This document shows positions 1-9,134 of a DNA stretch of 55,215 bases, piece by piece (positions within the stretch are counted from its first letter, which is position 1; every line of letters starts with the position of its first letter). Made by a program: the position numbers and the translations under genes. This DNA is from Acidobacteriota bacterium (GTDB lineage: Bacteria > Acidobacteriota > Vicinamibacteria > Vicinamibacterales > CAVVIG01): the NCBI GenBank assembly GCA_046728115.1, contig JBKPDW010000110.1:1-55215 (forward strand). The letters are read 5' to 3'. The notes under the pieces are model-generated. The model was not told the origin of the DNA, searched no databases, and worked only from the letters and a program-made list of their open reading frames with translations.

Positions 1-1
1 C

Positions 2-268
2 GTGTACATCGATGAACCATCTGTGCCGCGACTTCGCATGGGCCAGAAGGCAACCGTGTTCACAGACGCCGGTGGTCCGGGATTTTCAGGCACGATCACG
101 TACGTCGCCTCCAAAGCGGAGTTCACGCCGCGCAACGTGCAGACAGCCGAGGATCGCTCGAAACTGGTCTATCGGATCAAGGTCACTGTCGACAACACGA
201 GCGGTGGGCTGAAGATCGGCATGCCGGTCGAAGCCGAGGTGCCGTTCACCGATGCCGAGGGCAAGTAA
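2..268 (+). CDS. HlyD/YbhG-like membrane-fusion (periplasmic adaptor) protein, C-terminal fragment (5' end outside the window)
   Basis: C-terminal beta-barrel signature ..GTITYVASKAEFTPRNVQTAEDRSKLVYRIKV..LKIGMPVEA; heads an ABC efflux operon. Confidence 0.9.
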   Translation: MYIDEPSVPRLRMGQKATVFTDAGGPGFSGTITYVASKAEFTPRNVQTAEDRSKLVYRIKVTVDNTSGGLKIGMPVEAEVPFTDAEGK

Positions 269-269
269 C

Positions 270-1214
270 GTGGCGGATGCCATCACGCTCGATCGTGTCA
301 GCAAGCGTTATGGCGCAACCGTCGCGGCGCACGAGCTTTCGTGGTCCGTCGCGACAGGCGAGATGTTCGGACTCATCGGACCAGACGGCGCCGGCAAGAC
401 GACGACGATCCGGCTGATTTGCGGGCTGCTTCGCGCCGACGGCGGCACGGTCCGGGTGTTCGGACGCGACGCTCGAGCGGAACATCGGCAGCTGAGCGCC
501 TCGATCGGCTATCTCTCGCAGCGATTCAGCCTGTACGGCGATCTGAGCATCGACGAGAACATTGCGTTCTTTGCCGAAATCCACAGCGTTCGCGATTATC
601 GCGCGCGCCGCGATCGTCTGCTCGACCTGACACAGCTCACGCCGTACCGGGCGCGGCTGGCGGATCGGCTGTCGGGCGGGATGAAGCAGAAGCTGGCGCT
701 GGCCTGCACGCTCGTGCACGAGCCGGCGCTCCTGGTCCTCGACGAGCCGACTACCGGTGTCGATCCGGTGTCGCGTCGCGAGTTCTGGAAGCTTCTGTCC
801 GAATTCCTGTCGCAGGGTATGACGGTCGTGATGGCCACGCCCTACCTCGACGAAGCGGAGCGGTGCGGACGCGTCGCGTTGCTCTATCAAGGTCGTCTCC
901 TCGCGCTCGATCGGCCCGACGCCTTGCGCGCCGAGCTCCCCGGATCGTTGTTCGAGGTCATCGTCACCGATCACCGCCGCCCCGCCGACGTGCTGCGCGG
1001 CATCGACGGCGTGAGCGGCGTCCAGATGTTTGGCGAGCGCGCTCACGTTCGCGTCAATCGTACAGATGCACGGTCGGCCGAATCGCTGTCGGCAGGCATC
1101 GCGGCCGCAGGGCTCCGCGTGGAGAGCGTGCGTCCGATCGCGGCATCCCTCGAGGATGTGTTCATAGCGCGGCTGAGCGAGAAGTCACATGAACGGACCG
1201 CGTCTGATCACTGA
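270..1214 (+). CDS. ABC transporter ATP-binding protein (YbhF/DrrA-like)
   Basis: Walker A GPDGAGKTT, signature LSGGMKQK, Walker B LLVLDEPT; GTG start 1 nt after the upstream TAA. Confidence 0.93.
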   Translation: MADAITLDRVSKRYGATVAAHELSWSVATGEMFGLIGPDGAGKTTTIRLICGLLRADGGTVRVFGRDARAEHRQLSASIGYLSQRFSLYGDLSIDENIAFFAEIHSVRDYRARRDRLLDLTQLTPYRARLADRLSGGMKQKLALACTLVHEPALLVLDEPTTGVDPVSRREFWKLLSEFLSQGMTVVMATPYLDEAERCGRVALLYQGRLLALDRPDALRAELPGSLFEVIVTDHRRPADVLRGIDGVSGVQMFGERAHVRVNRTDARSAESLSAGIAAAGLRVESVRPIAASLEDVFIARLSEKSHERTASDH

Positions 1215-2577
1215 GTCCGCTGCAAACCCTTTCAACGCGATCTGGGGTCTCTGTGCTCCTGTACTGTTGCCTCTCATCGCCATCTGCGTCATCGCCGTTC
1301 CACTTTCGGCGCAAGGTGCAGGCACGCTCACGTTGCGGCTCACCCTGGACGAGGCCGTCGCCCGGGGGATTGCGAACAGCCATCGACTGGCAGAATTCCG
1401 CGCAGGTGGTCAAGCAGCAGAGGCGATCGTCGGTCAACGACACGCTGCCGGTCAGCCGCAGGTAGCCGCGCACGCCGGCTACACGCGAACGAATCATGTC
1501 CGCGAATTCACGCTCGTGGCGCCGAACGGGCAGGTTGGCGTTCTCTACCCGGACGCCCCCGACAACTATCAGACGCGCGTCGACCTGCAATGGCCGATCT
1601 ACACAGCCGGACGAATTGATGCTCTCGAACGCGCGGCGCGCATCGAGGCGACCGCGTCGACGGACGATCTCGCTGCGGCGCGTGCGGATTTGACGCTCGA
1701 GATCACTCGAGCGTACTGGGCGCTGGTGACGGCAGGCGAAGCGATGCGTGTGGTTCAGGAAGCAATGGACCGCATCGACGCGCACCTCCGCGATGTCCGA
1801 AATCAGCTCGACGTCGGCCTGGTTCCGCCGAGCGACGTGCTGAACGTCGAGACGCAGCAAGCGCGGCAGCGGATGCTTTCGATCCAGGCCCGGTTGGCCC
1901 GGAATGTCGCAGGGGCCGAGCTGGCGCGACTGATTGGTGCGGCGGCGGGCACGCCGATCGAACCCGACGCCACATTCGAGGTGCCCGCCCCAACTAGCGC
2001 AGCCGTGGATGCACTCGTCGAGACGGCGCGGCTGCAGCGTCCGGAGCGGGCTGCGCTGCTCAGACGTGTAGCCGCCGCGCGAGAACGCGGCATCGCGGCA
2101 GAGGCCGAGCGCAAACCAACTGTCACGATCGGCGGCGGTGTCGACTATGCGCGTCCCAATCCGCGAATTTTCCCGCGCGCCGAGGTCTGGCAGTCGTCGT
2201 GGGACGCGGGCGTCTACGTCAACTGGCCTTTGTTCGATGGCGGCCGTGCCAAAAGCGATGCCGCCGAGGCCGCTGCCAATGTTCGCGCCGCCGAAGAGCG
2301 CCTTGCCGACGTCGATGCTTCGCTAGCGCTCGAAGTTCGCGAACGTCTCAGCGAGGTCGAATCGTCGCGCGCCGCTATCGAGGCCGCGACAACAGGCGTT
2401 CGCAGTGCCACCGAGGCCCGTCGAGTCCTCGGCGATCGGTTCGCGGCCGGAGTGGCCACGAGCACCGACGTTCTCGATGCGCAGGTGGCCCTGCTGCAAG
2501 CCGAGCTCGACCGCACGCAAGCCATCGCCAATGCAAGGCTTGCCGACGCGCGCCTGGCACGGGCCCTCGGCCAATGA
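1189..2577 (+). CDS. TolC-family outer-membrane efflux protein
   Basis: N-terminal hydrophobic signal, LTLDEAVARGIANS, two helical OEP repeats, C-terminal F.AGVATSTDVLDAQ..L..A motif. Confidence 0.92.
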   Translation: MNGPRLITESAANPFNAIWGLCAPVLLPLIAICVIAVPLSAQGAGTLTLRLTLDEAVARGIANSHRLAEFRAGGQAAEAIVGQRHAAGQPQVAAHAGYTRTNHVREFTLVAPNGQVGVLYPDAPDNYQTRVDLQWPIYTAGRIDALERAARIEATASTDDLAAARADLTLEITRAYWALVTAGEAMRVVQEAMDRIDAHLRDVRNQLDVGLVPPSDVLNVETQQARQRMLSIQARLARNVAGAELARLIGAAAGTPIEPDATFEVPAPTSAAVDALVETARLQRPERAALLRRVAAARERGIAAEAERKPTVTIGGGVDYARPNPRIFPRAEVWQSSWDAGVYVNWPLFDGGRAKSDAAEAAANVRAAEERLADVDASLALEVRERLSEVESSRAAIEAATTGVRSATEARRVLGDRFAAGVATSTDVLDAQVALLQAELDRTQAIANARLADARLARALGQ

Positions 2578-3500
2578 ATGCGATTTCGGTCAGGAACCTC
2601 ACCAAACGGTTCGGCGATTTCGTCGCCGTCGACAACGTCACGTTCGACGTCGCGCAAGGCGAGGTGGTCGGATTTCTCGGCAGCAACGGCGCTGGCAAGT
2701 CGACGATGATCAGGATGCTCTGCGGCCTCCTGAAGCCGACGAGCGGCGAGGCCAAGGTGGGCGGCGTGGACGTCGGCCGCGATCCCGAAGGCGTCAAGCG
2801 CCGGATCGGCTACATGTCACAGCGGTTCTCGCTCTACGAGCGGCTGACGGTCGATCAGAACATTCGATTCTTTGGTGGCGTGTACGGTCTCGACCGCCGA
2901 ACGCTTGATGCGCGCCGGCGGTTCGTCCTGGCCATGGCCGGACTCGAGGGCCGCGAGCGGACACGCACCGCTGATCTCGCAGGCGGCTGGCGGCAGCGCC
3001 TGGCTCTCGGCTGCGCGATTCTCCACGAGCCGGCCATCGTGTTTCTCGACGAGCCCACGGGAGGCGTCGATCCGCTTTCGAGACGCGAATTCTGGAGCCT
3101 CATCGATCATCTGTCCGAGACCGGCGTGACCGTCCTGGTGACGACGCACTATCTGGACGAGGCGGAGCATTGCAATCGCATCGCGATCATGCACGGCGGG
3201 CGTCTCGCGGCGCTCGGCACCGCCAACGAGCTGAAACGCGTGTTCGCGGATCGCTCGATCGTCGAAGTGCAGGCCGTCAATCCGATCGACGCGATGCGAG
3301 CGCTCGATACCATGCCGGAGGTAGAGAAGACCAGTGTGTTCGGCACAGCCGTCCACGCCGTCCTCACGGCGGGAAGGGCCGGCACGCTGGATGCGATCAG
3401 CGAGGGCTTGCAGCGCGCAGGTGTGCCAGTTGGTGGAATCACGCCAGTGCAGCCCTCGCTCGAAGACGTCTTCCTGGAAGTCGTGCAGGAGGCGCAATAA
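2574..3500 (+). CDS. ABC transporter ATP-binding protein (second YbhF-like NBD)
   Basis: ATGA overlap with TolC stop; Walker A GSNGAGKST, LAGGWRQR, IVFLDEPTGG, H-loop TTHYLDEAE. Confidence 0.93.
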   Translation: MNAISVRNLTKRFGDFVAVDNVTFDVAQGEVVGFLGSNGAGKSTMIRMLCGLLKPTSGEAKVGGVDVGRDPEGVKRRIGYMSQRFSLYERLTVDQNIRFFGGVYGLDRRTLDARRRFVLAMAGLEGRERTRTADLAGGWRQRLALGCAILHEPAIVFLDEPTGGVDPLSRREFWSLIDHLSETGVTVLVTTHYLDEAEHCNRIAIMHGGRLAALGTANELKRVFADRSIVEVQAVNPIDAMRALDTMPEVEKTSVFGTAVHAVLTAGRAGTLDAISEGLQRAGVPVGGITPVQPSLEDVFLEVVQEAQ

Positions 3501-3501
3501 C

Positions 3502-4608
3502 GTGAGGAAGGTGCTGGCGGTTGCACGCAAGGAATTTCGCCAGCTCGTCCGTGACCGGCGCACTCTGCTCACGTTGTTGTTCGTCCCGACGTCGATTCTC
3601 CTGATCTTCGGCTACGCCCTGAACTTCGACATTCGCCACGTGCGGCTGGCAGTCGACGATCGCGATCATTCGGCGGCGAGCCGGTCCCTCGTTTCGGCCT
3701 TCGTCAATTCCGGTTACTTCGATTTCGTCGCCGCCGTCGACGAGGAGGAAACCACACGGTTGATGGACCTCAACGAGGTGCGCGCAGTCCTCGTGATTCC
3801 AACAGGGCTGTCGAAGGCTCTGTACACGGGTCAACCGGCGGCGGTGCAGGTACTGATCAACGGCGACAACGCCAACACCGCGACGACAGTGATGGGGTAT
3901 GCGCTGACGATCGTCCGCAGCGAGTCGGCGAAGTACCAGCCGGCCGTGCGGGCGCCTCGCCCCCTGATCGGCATCGAACAGCGTGTCTGGTACAACCCGG
4001 AACTGCGAAGCGCGCTGTTTCTGGTGCCTGGCCTCATCGCGTACATCGCGATGCTGACAGCAGTAGTCTCGACCGCTCTGTCGGTCGTGCGCGAGAAGGA
4101 GCGCGGCACGATGGAGCAGGTGCGCATGGCTCCCCTCGACGCAGCATCGTTCGTCGTCGGTAAGACGATTCCGTATTTCTTCGTGTCCGTGGCGTCTGCC
4201 GTCGGCGTCGTTGTGGCGGCCATGATCCTCTTCGGGATGCCGATGCGTGGTTCGTGGCTGCTGCTCCTGACGGTGCTGTCGCTGTTCCTTGTCGGCGCGC
4301 TCGCGCTTGGCCTGTTGATCTCGAGCGTCGCCGACACGCAGCAGGTGGCGTTTCAGGCGGCGCTGCTCGCTTCGTTTCTGCCGACGCTGATGCTGTCGGG
4401 CTTCATTTTTCCCATCGCCAGCATGCCCCGGTTCCTCCAGATCATCACCTACGCGGTTCCCGCCAGGTATTTCCTCGTGGCGCTGCGTGGAATCATGCTG
4501 AAGGGCTCCGGTCTGGCCGTCTGCTGGACCGATCTGACCGCGCTGCTGGTGTTCGCCATCACCGTGCTTGCGCTTGCATCAATCCGGTTGCAGCGGCAGT
4601 GGGTGTGA
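3502..4608 (+). CDS. ABC-2 type permease (YbhS-like)
   Basis: N-terminal TM, periplasmic domain, RVWYNPELRS, VREKERGTMEQ motif, five C-terminal TMs. Confidence 0.92.
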   Translation: MRKVLAVARKEFRQLVRDRRTLLTLLFVPTSILLIFGYALNFDIRHVRLAVDDRDHSAASRSLVSAFVNSGYFDFVAAVDEEETTRLMDLNEVRAVLVIPTGLSKALYTGQPAAVQVLINGDNANTATTVMGYALTIVRSESAKYQPAVRAPRPLIGIEQRVWYNPELRSALFLVPGLIAYIAMLTAVVSTALSVVREKERGTMEQVRMAPLDAASFVVGKTIPYFFVSVASAVGVVVAAMILFGMPMRGSWLLLLTVLSLFLVGALALGLLISSVADTQQVAFQAALLASFLPTLMLSGFIFPIASMPRFLQIITYAVPARYFLVALRGIMLKGSGLAVCWTDLTALLVFAITVLALASIRLQRQWV

Positions 4609-4609
4609 C

Positions 4610-5848
4610 ATGAGGCGCATGTCCTTCCTCGTGTGGAAGGAGCTCATCGAGCTCAAGGAAGATCCGCGGCTTTTCGTCATCGTTGTCGCCGCGCCCCTTC
4701 TCCAGCTGGTCATGCTGGGGTACGCCGCCACGACCGACGTGCGTCATGTGCCGATCGTCGTTGCCGACGGGGATCGGTCAGCCTCCAGTCGCGACCTGAT
4801 CGCACGCTTCGCCGCCTCGCCGAACTTCACGCTGATTGATGTCGTATCGAGCCCCGGCGACATCGATCCATATCTCGAGCGTGGCCGCGCATGGATGGCC
4901 CTTGACATCCCACCGCAGTACGGCCGAAGGCTCGAGCGCCGAGAGTCGCAGTCGCTCCAGCTCGTCGCCGATGGAAGCGATGCGAGCTCGACGAATGTCG
5001 CGCTCGGCTACGCCACGAATCTCATCGCCGCGTATGCCCAGGAGCTGGTGGAAGCAGGGCGGCCGGGAGCGGCTGGACGGATCGACGGGGCAGGTGCGGC
5101 GGGCGGGGACGACAGGGCAGGTGGGTCGGAGGGCCTTCGTGCCGAAGGCGCTTCCACGGGCGTTGCCGAAGCTCGCCCGACAGGCGAGCGAGCCGAGGCG
5201 CGTGGCATTGATGCGCGCGTGCGCGTGTGGTTCAACCCGCGTCTCGAGAGCCGCGACTTCATGTTGCCCGGCATTCTGGCGCTGCTGCTGCTCGTGGTCA
5301 CGACCAACCTCTCGTCGATGGGGATCGTCCGCGAGAAGGAGGTCGGCACGCTCGAGCAACTCAACGTCACACCGCTCCGGCGGTGGGAGCTGATCGTCGG
5401 CAAGCTGCTGCCGTACGCGCTCGTCGGCCTGATAGATGCCTGTCTGGTCGTGGCGGTCACTCTGTTCTGGTTCCAGATTCCGCTGCGCGGCAGCGTCGCC
5501 TTGTTGTTCGCGCTGACGGCGCTTTACTTACTGAGCACGCTCGGTCTGGGCTTGTTCGTGTCGACGATCTCCTCGACACAGCAACAAGCCATGATGACGA
5601 CGATGTTCTTTTTTCTGATGCCGATGGTGTTCCTGTCCGGATTCGTGTTTCCCATCGAGAACATGCCCGCCGTGATTCAGCCTCTCACCTATTTGTTGCC
5701 TCTCCGATATTTCCTCGTGATTCTTCGGTCCATCTTCCTGAAAGGCGTGGGATTGGAGACACTCTGGCCGCAGGCGGCGGCGTTGACCGCATGGGGAGTC
5801 GCGGTGCTGGCTCTTGCCATCGCGCGTTCCACCAAACGCATGGTGTGA
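4610..5848 (+). CDS. ABC-2 type permease (YbhR-like) with a low-complexity in-frame insertion
   Basis: RVWFNPRLES, VREKEVGTLEQL, LSGFVFPIENMP; about 50-aa Gly/Ala/Arg-rich extra segment before IDARVRVWFNP. Confidence 0.92.
   Translation: MRRMSFLVWKELIELKEDPRLFVIVVAAPLLQLVMLGYAATTDVRHVPIVVADGDRSASSRDLIARFAASPNFTLIDVVSSPGDIDPYLERGRAWMALDIPPQYGRRLERRESQSLQLVADGSDASSTNVALGYATNLIAAYAQELVEAGRPGAAGRIDGAGAAGGDDRAGGSEGLRAEGASTGVAEARPTGERAEARGIDARVRVWFNPRLESRDFMLPGILALLLLVVTTNLSSMGIVREKEVGTLEQLNVTPLRRWELIVGKLLPYALVGLIDACLVVAVTLFWFQIPLRGSVALLFALTALYLLSTLGLGLFVSTISSTQQQAMMTTMFFFLMPMVFLSGFVFPIENMPAVIQPLTYLLPLRYFLVILRSIFLKGVGLETLWPQAAALTAWGVAVLALAIARSTKRMV
5054..5200 (+). repeat. 9-mer periodic tract plus two REP-like hairpins, inside the permease CDS
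   Basis: Units GCAGGGCGG/GCTGGACGG/GCAGGTGCG/GCGGGCGGG/GCAGGTGGG at 5054-5125; perfect 7-bp stems GCCTTCG-tgc-CGAAGGC (5133-5149) and GCTCGCC-cgaca-GGCGAGC (5171-5189). Confidence 0.7.
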
Positions 5849-5907
5849 CCGAGGTCGGATGGAGACTTCGGCGGTGAGCGCGCTGGACGGATACAGGGAG
5901 CCAACGC

Positions 5908-7035
5908 TCAAAACGTTTGTCGCGCCACCCACTCTCGCAGCAGCGAATCCACCACGCTGTACCGCGGACCTTCTCGCGCGATCAGATCCTCGCGAACCAG
6001 CGCGCTCAAGGCGGTCTGCACGCTGGATGGCCCCCCGAGCCGATGACGTGCGCGCACGTCGGCGGACAGCAGCTCGCGTCCGTCTTCGAGCACGACCGCG
6101 CGGAGCACGCCGCGCTGAGCGAGCGTCAACCGCTGCCAGATGGCTTCGAACATCATCTGCTGCTCGCTGAGCAGACGTTTGAGCGCATCGTGCAAATCTT
6201 CGAAGGTTGCACGCCGCCGCGATCGCAGTCGAACCTGATCCCAGGTTTCGTGCGCCAGCCGCTGAACGTCGTACGGCAGGTTTGCCGCCAGTTCCACGAT
6301 CGCCGTGCCGAGGCCGGGATCGGGCGCGATACCGGTGCGCGCGAACCGCGCGTCGATGAACGCCGCGAACTCGTCCGGCGGAATCTTCTCGAGGCGCATC
6401 ACCGGGCCGGCCTTGTAGAAGGGCCGCTTCGATCCCAGCATCCGCTCCATCAGCGTCGGCTCGGATCCCGCGAAGACATAGCCAACCTGGCGCTGATGCT
6501 GAACGGCGGCGCGCAGCGCGTGTTCGACCGACCCGCCATCGAAACCGCCTATGGCCTGGAACTCGTCGAGCGCGACGACGACGGTTCGCTTACGCGCGTC
6601 GGCCAGACGTGCGGGCAGCTCGAACACTTCGCTCGCCAGACGTGAGATGTCCCGATCGGTCCGGGCGTTGGGGAACGCGACGCGCGAGTCCGGCGAGAGC
6701 TCCACGCGCGTCGAGGCGACGACGCCGCGAATCCAATGGCGCGCGCGGTCCCATTTCGTTTCGGCCGCCAGCAGAGCCTGGGCGTAGCCTTCGAGAAAGG
6801 ACACGTAGGAACTGAAACTGCTGACCGTCATATGTACGGTGAGCGCACCGCGTCGGGTCATGGCCGCGAGGGCGTGTCGGATGAGCGAGGATTTGCCGTA
6901 TCGGCGTGGCGAGATCAGAAACACTTTCTGGCCCGCGACCAAATCCCCAACCAGGCGGTCGAGCTCCACCACACGATCCACAAATGCAGACGTTGGCACA
7001 ACTTCGCCATATACGAAGGGATTCGTTTTCGCCAT
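5908..7035 (-). CDS. AAA+/'archaeal ATPase'-family P-loop ATPase with probable C-terminal winged-helix
   Basis: NPFVYG N-terminus, Walker A SPRRYGKSSL, Walker B VVALDEFQ, FAGS, C-terminal ..SVVDSLLREW. Confidence 0.82.
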   Translation of the reverse strand: MAKTNPFVYGEVVPTSAFVDRVVELDRLVGDLVAGQKVFLISPRRYGKSSLIRHALAAMTRRGALTVHMTVSSFSSYVSFLEGYAQALLAAETKWDRARHWIRGVVASTRVELSPDSRVAFPNARTDRDISRLASEVFELPARLADARKRTVVVALDEFQAIGGFDGGSVEHALRAAVQHQRQVGYVFAGSEPTLMERMLGSKRPFYKAGPVMRLEKIPPDEFAAFIDARFARTGIAPDPGLGTAIVELAANLPYDVQRLAHETWDQVRLRSRRRATFEDLHDALKRLLSEQQMMFEAIWQRLTLAQRGVLRAVVLEDGRELLSADVRARHRLGGPSSVQTALSALVREDLIAREGPRYSVVDSLLREWVARQTF

Positions 7036-7134
7036 ATGTTCACCTTACAGCCGCGCTGCGGACGATTGGTGCTATAGTGCCCGCAATCACGCCAAAGCTC
7101 GACTCGGAAGGAATTTACCGGGCATCGCCGTCGC

Positions 7135-8247
7135 ATGGCCATCAGTTCCGTCGGGGATCGGCTCGTATTGTCACCGCAAGAGGCGCTCGTTGCTGGCGGG
7201 GCTGCTGAAGCGTTCGAGACACAACTCCGTCAGCTATACCGAAGCGGACAGTATCGGCATCTGGTCATTGATTTCACGAATGTCCCAGCACTCGACAGCG
7301 CAGGCATCCGCGCCCTCGTGCGAGCCCATACGACGGCTCAGCGCATGGACGCCACGCTGCGCCTTGCGGGACTCCCTCCCAAGGTACGTCAGGTTCTTGA
7401 TGCCGCGAACCTTACGGGCGTTTTCGACATCTACGAATCGCCCGAAGCGGCGCGGTTCGCATCGTGGCCGTGGCGCGCGATTCGAGTCGGCATCGCCGGG
7501 ACCATCCTGTGTGGTGGCCTGGTGTGGGCGGGGCTGAAATGGCCGATGGAACTCAGCGGTATCAGCGAGATCGCGGAAGAGGCCATCGGCGGGAAGAAAG
7601 GCGGGTCGAGCCTTCCGGTCCATGCCTTCCAGCCATTTGTCGAGCTCGTGAAGCTCGTTGTCGCCGCGCTGATTGGCCTTCTGATCACCGCGATTCACCA
7701 GCCCGCATCGCGTGAGCGTGGACGGTCGATGGAGCAGGCGCAAATCCTTCTGTGCGTATCCGGTGCGATGATGATGATCATCATCGGCAACTCACTCGCC
7801 CGCGCGTTCGGCATCGCAGGCGCGGCCAGCATCATCAGATTTCGGACACCGGTCGACGATCCAAAAGACGTGACGATTCTGTTCCTTTTGATGGGGCTGG
7901 GCATGTCGTCGGGTCTCGGCGCGTTCGCGGTTGCTGGCCTGGGCACGGCCTTCCTGTGCATCGCCCTGCTGGGGCTCGATCATCTGGCAACCCAGAAAGC
8001 GCGCAGCATGTCGGTTGAGATTCAGGCGAGCGGGCGCGTGTTTCCGACAACACACGTCGAGAACGTATTTGTCCGCAATCAGATCGTCTTCGAACCACGC
8101 GAGATCTCCCAGGCAGACGACGTCACGGTCAAGTACTACACGTGGCTGGATGCGCGCATGTCACTCGAAGACCTGAGCAGCCAGCTGATGACCGCGGGCG
8201 CGGGCGTGCAGTCCGTGGCCTGGGGAAATCCCAAACGCGAGCGATGA
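7135..8247 (+). CDS. STAS (anti-anti-sigma-like) domain fused to DUF4956/MgtC-like membrane domain
   Basis: N-terminal LVIDFTNVPALDSAGIRALV (STAS with conserved DS.G Ser); membrane part IGNSLARAFGIAGAASIIRFRTPVDDPKD typical of DUF4956. Confidence 0.82.
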   Translation: MAISSVGDRLVLSPQEALVAGGAAEAFETQLRQLYRSGQYRHLVIDFTNVPALDSAGIRALVRAHTTAQRMDATLRLAGLPPKVRQVLDAANLTGVFDIYESPEAARFASWPWRAIRVGIAGTILCGGLVWAGLKWPMELSGISEIAEEAIGGKKGGSSLPVHAFQPFVELVKLVVAALIGLLITAIHQPASRERGRSMEQAQILLCVSGAMMMIIIGNSLARAFGIAGAASIIRFRTPVDDPKDVTILFLLMGLGMSSGLGAFAVAGLGTAFLCIALLGLDHLATQKARSMSVEIQASGRVFPTTHVENVFVRNQIVFEPREISQADDVTVKYYTWLDARMSLEDLSSQLMTAGAGVQSVAWGNPKRER

Positions 8248-9134
8248 CCATGACGACTCTCGAACCCCTTCCGCCGGACCGCCTGGTGGTGTCGATCGAC
8301 GACCGGCGGCCGACAATTCTCGACGTCATCCGGAACGCAAAACATCGCATCGAGCTCTCGCTGTTCCGGTGCAACGACGACGCGATTTTCGACACGCTCG
8401 CTGAGGCGACCAGGCGCGGCGTCGCTGTCGAAGTCCTCACGACCTCGAGAGCAAAGGGCGGTCGCAAGCGACTCGAAAAACTGTGGGCGGCGCTCGAGCA
8501 GACCGGCGCCATAGTGAAGACCTACACCGACCCGGTCGTGAAATATCACGCCAAGTACATGATCGCCGACGAGGGGCCGGCAGTGGTGGCGTCGTTGAAC
8601 TTGACGAAGAAGTGCTTCAGCAAAACCTGCGATGGCATCGTCGTCACGCACGATCCAGCGGTTGTGGCGGATCTGCGCCGAGTGATGGTCGCGGATGCGC
8701 AAGGCGCGAAGATTCCGGGCGACCTCACGGATCGACTCGTGATTGGACCCGAGCGCGCGCGGCGCCAGTTCACCGCGCTCATCGAGCAGGCCCGCACGAG
8801 CATCCGGTTGATCGACGCGAAGCTTTCCGATCCCGATCTCGTCTCGCTGCTTCGGGCGCGGCGTGCCGCCGGCCTGACAGTCGAAGTGTTCGACAGCCGG
8901 CGCCTGGGCGCACTGAAGTCGCACGGGAAGATCATGCTGATCGACGACGCGAAGGTCGTGGTGGGCAGCCTGGCGCTGGCGGCCTTGAGTCTCGACTTCC
9001 GCCGCGAGGTCGCAATCGTGGTTCACGAACCGTCGGCGGTCGCCGAGGCTGCCGAGCTGTTCCGGACGTTGAACGCCGCAGCCGCCGAAGCGGGAACGAT
9101 CCCCGCCGGGGCCGTCGATGGAGCTTCATGTTGA
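8244..9134 (+). CDS. Phospholipase D-superfamily protein with two HKD motifs
   Basis: HAKYMIAD and HGKIMLID (HxKxxxxD twice); ATGA overlap with the upstream gene; no signal peptide or TM seen. Confidence 0.88.
   Translation: MTMTTLEPLPPDRLVVSIDDRRPTILDVIRNAKHRIELSLFRCNDDAIFDTLAEATRRGVAVEVLTTSRAKGGRKRLEKLWAALEQTGAIVKTYTDPVVKYHAKYMIADEGPAVVASLNLTKKCFSKTCDGIVVTHDPAVVADLRRVMVADAQGAKIPGDLTDRLVIGPERARRQFTALIEQARTSIRLIDAKLSDPDLVSLLRARRAAGLTVEVFDSRRLGALKSHGKIMLIDDAKVVVGSLALAALSLDFRREVAIVVHEPSAVAEAAELFRTLNAAAAEAGTIPAGAVDGASC

Noticed and set aside
7036-7134. Pho box upstream of the porin/CotH operon
   Set aside because: No CTGTCAT-like 11-bp direct repeats seen, so phosphate regulation cannot be claimed from sequence
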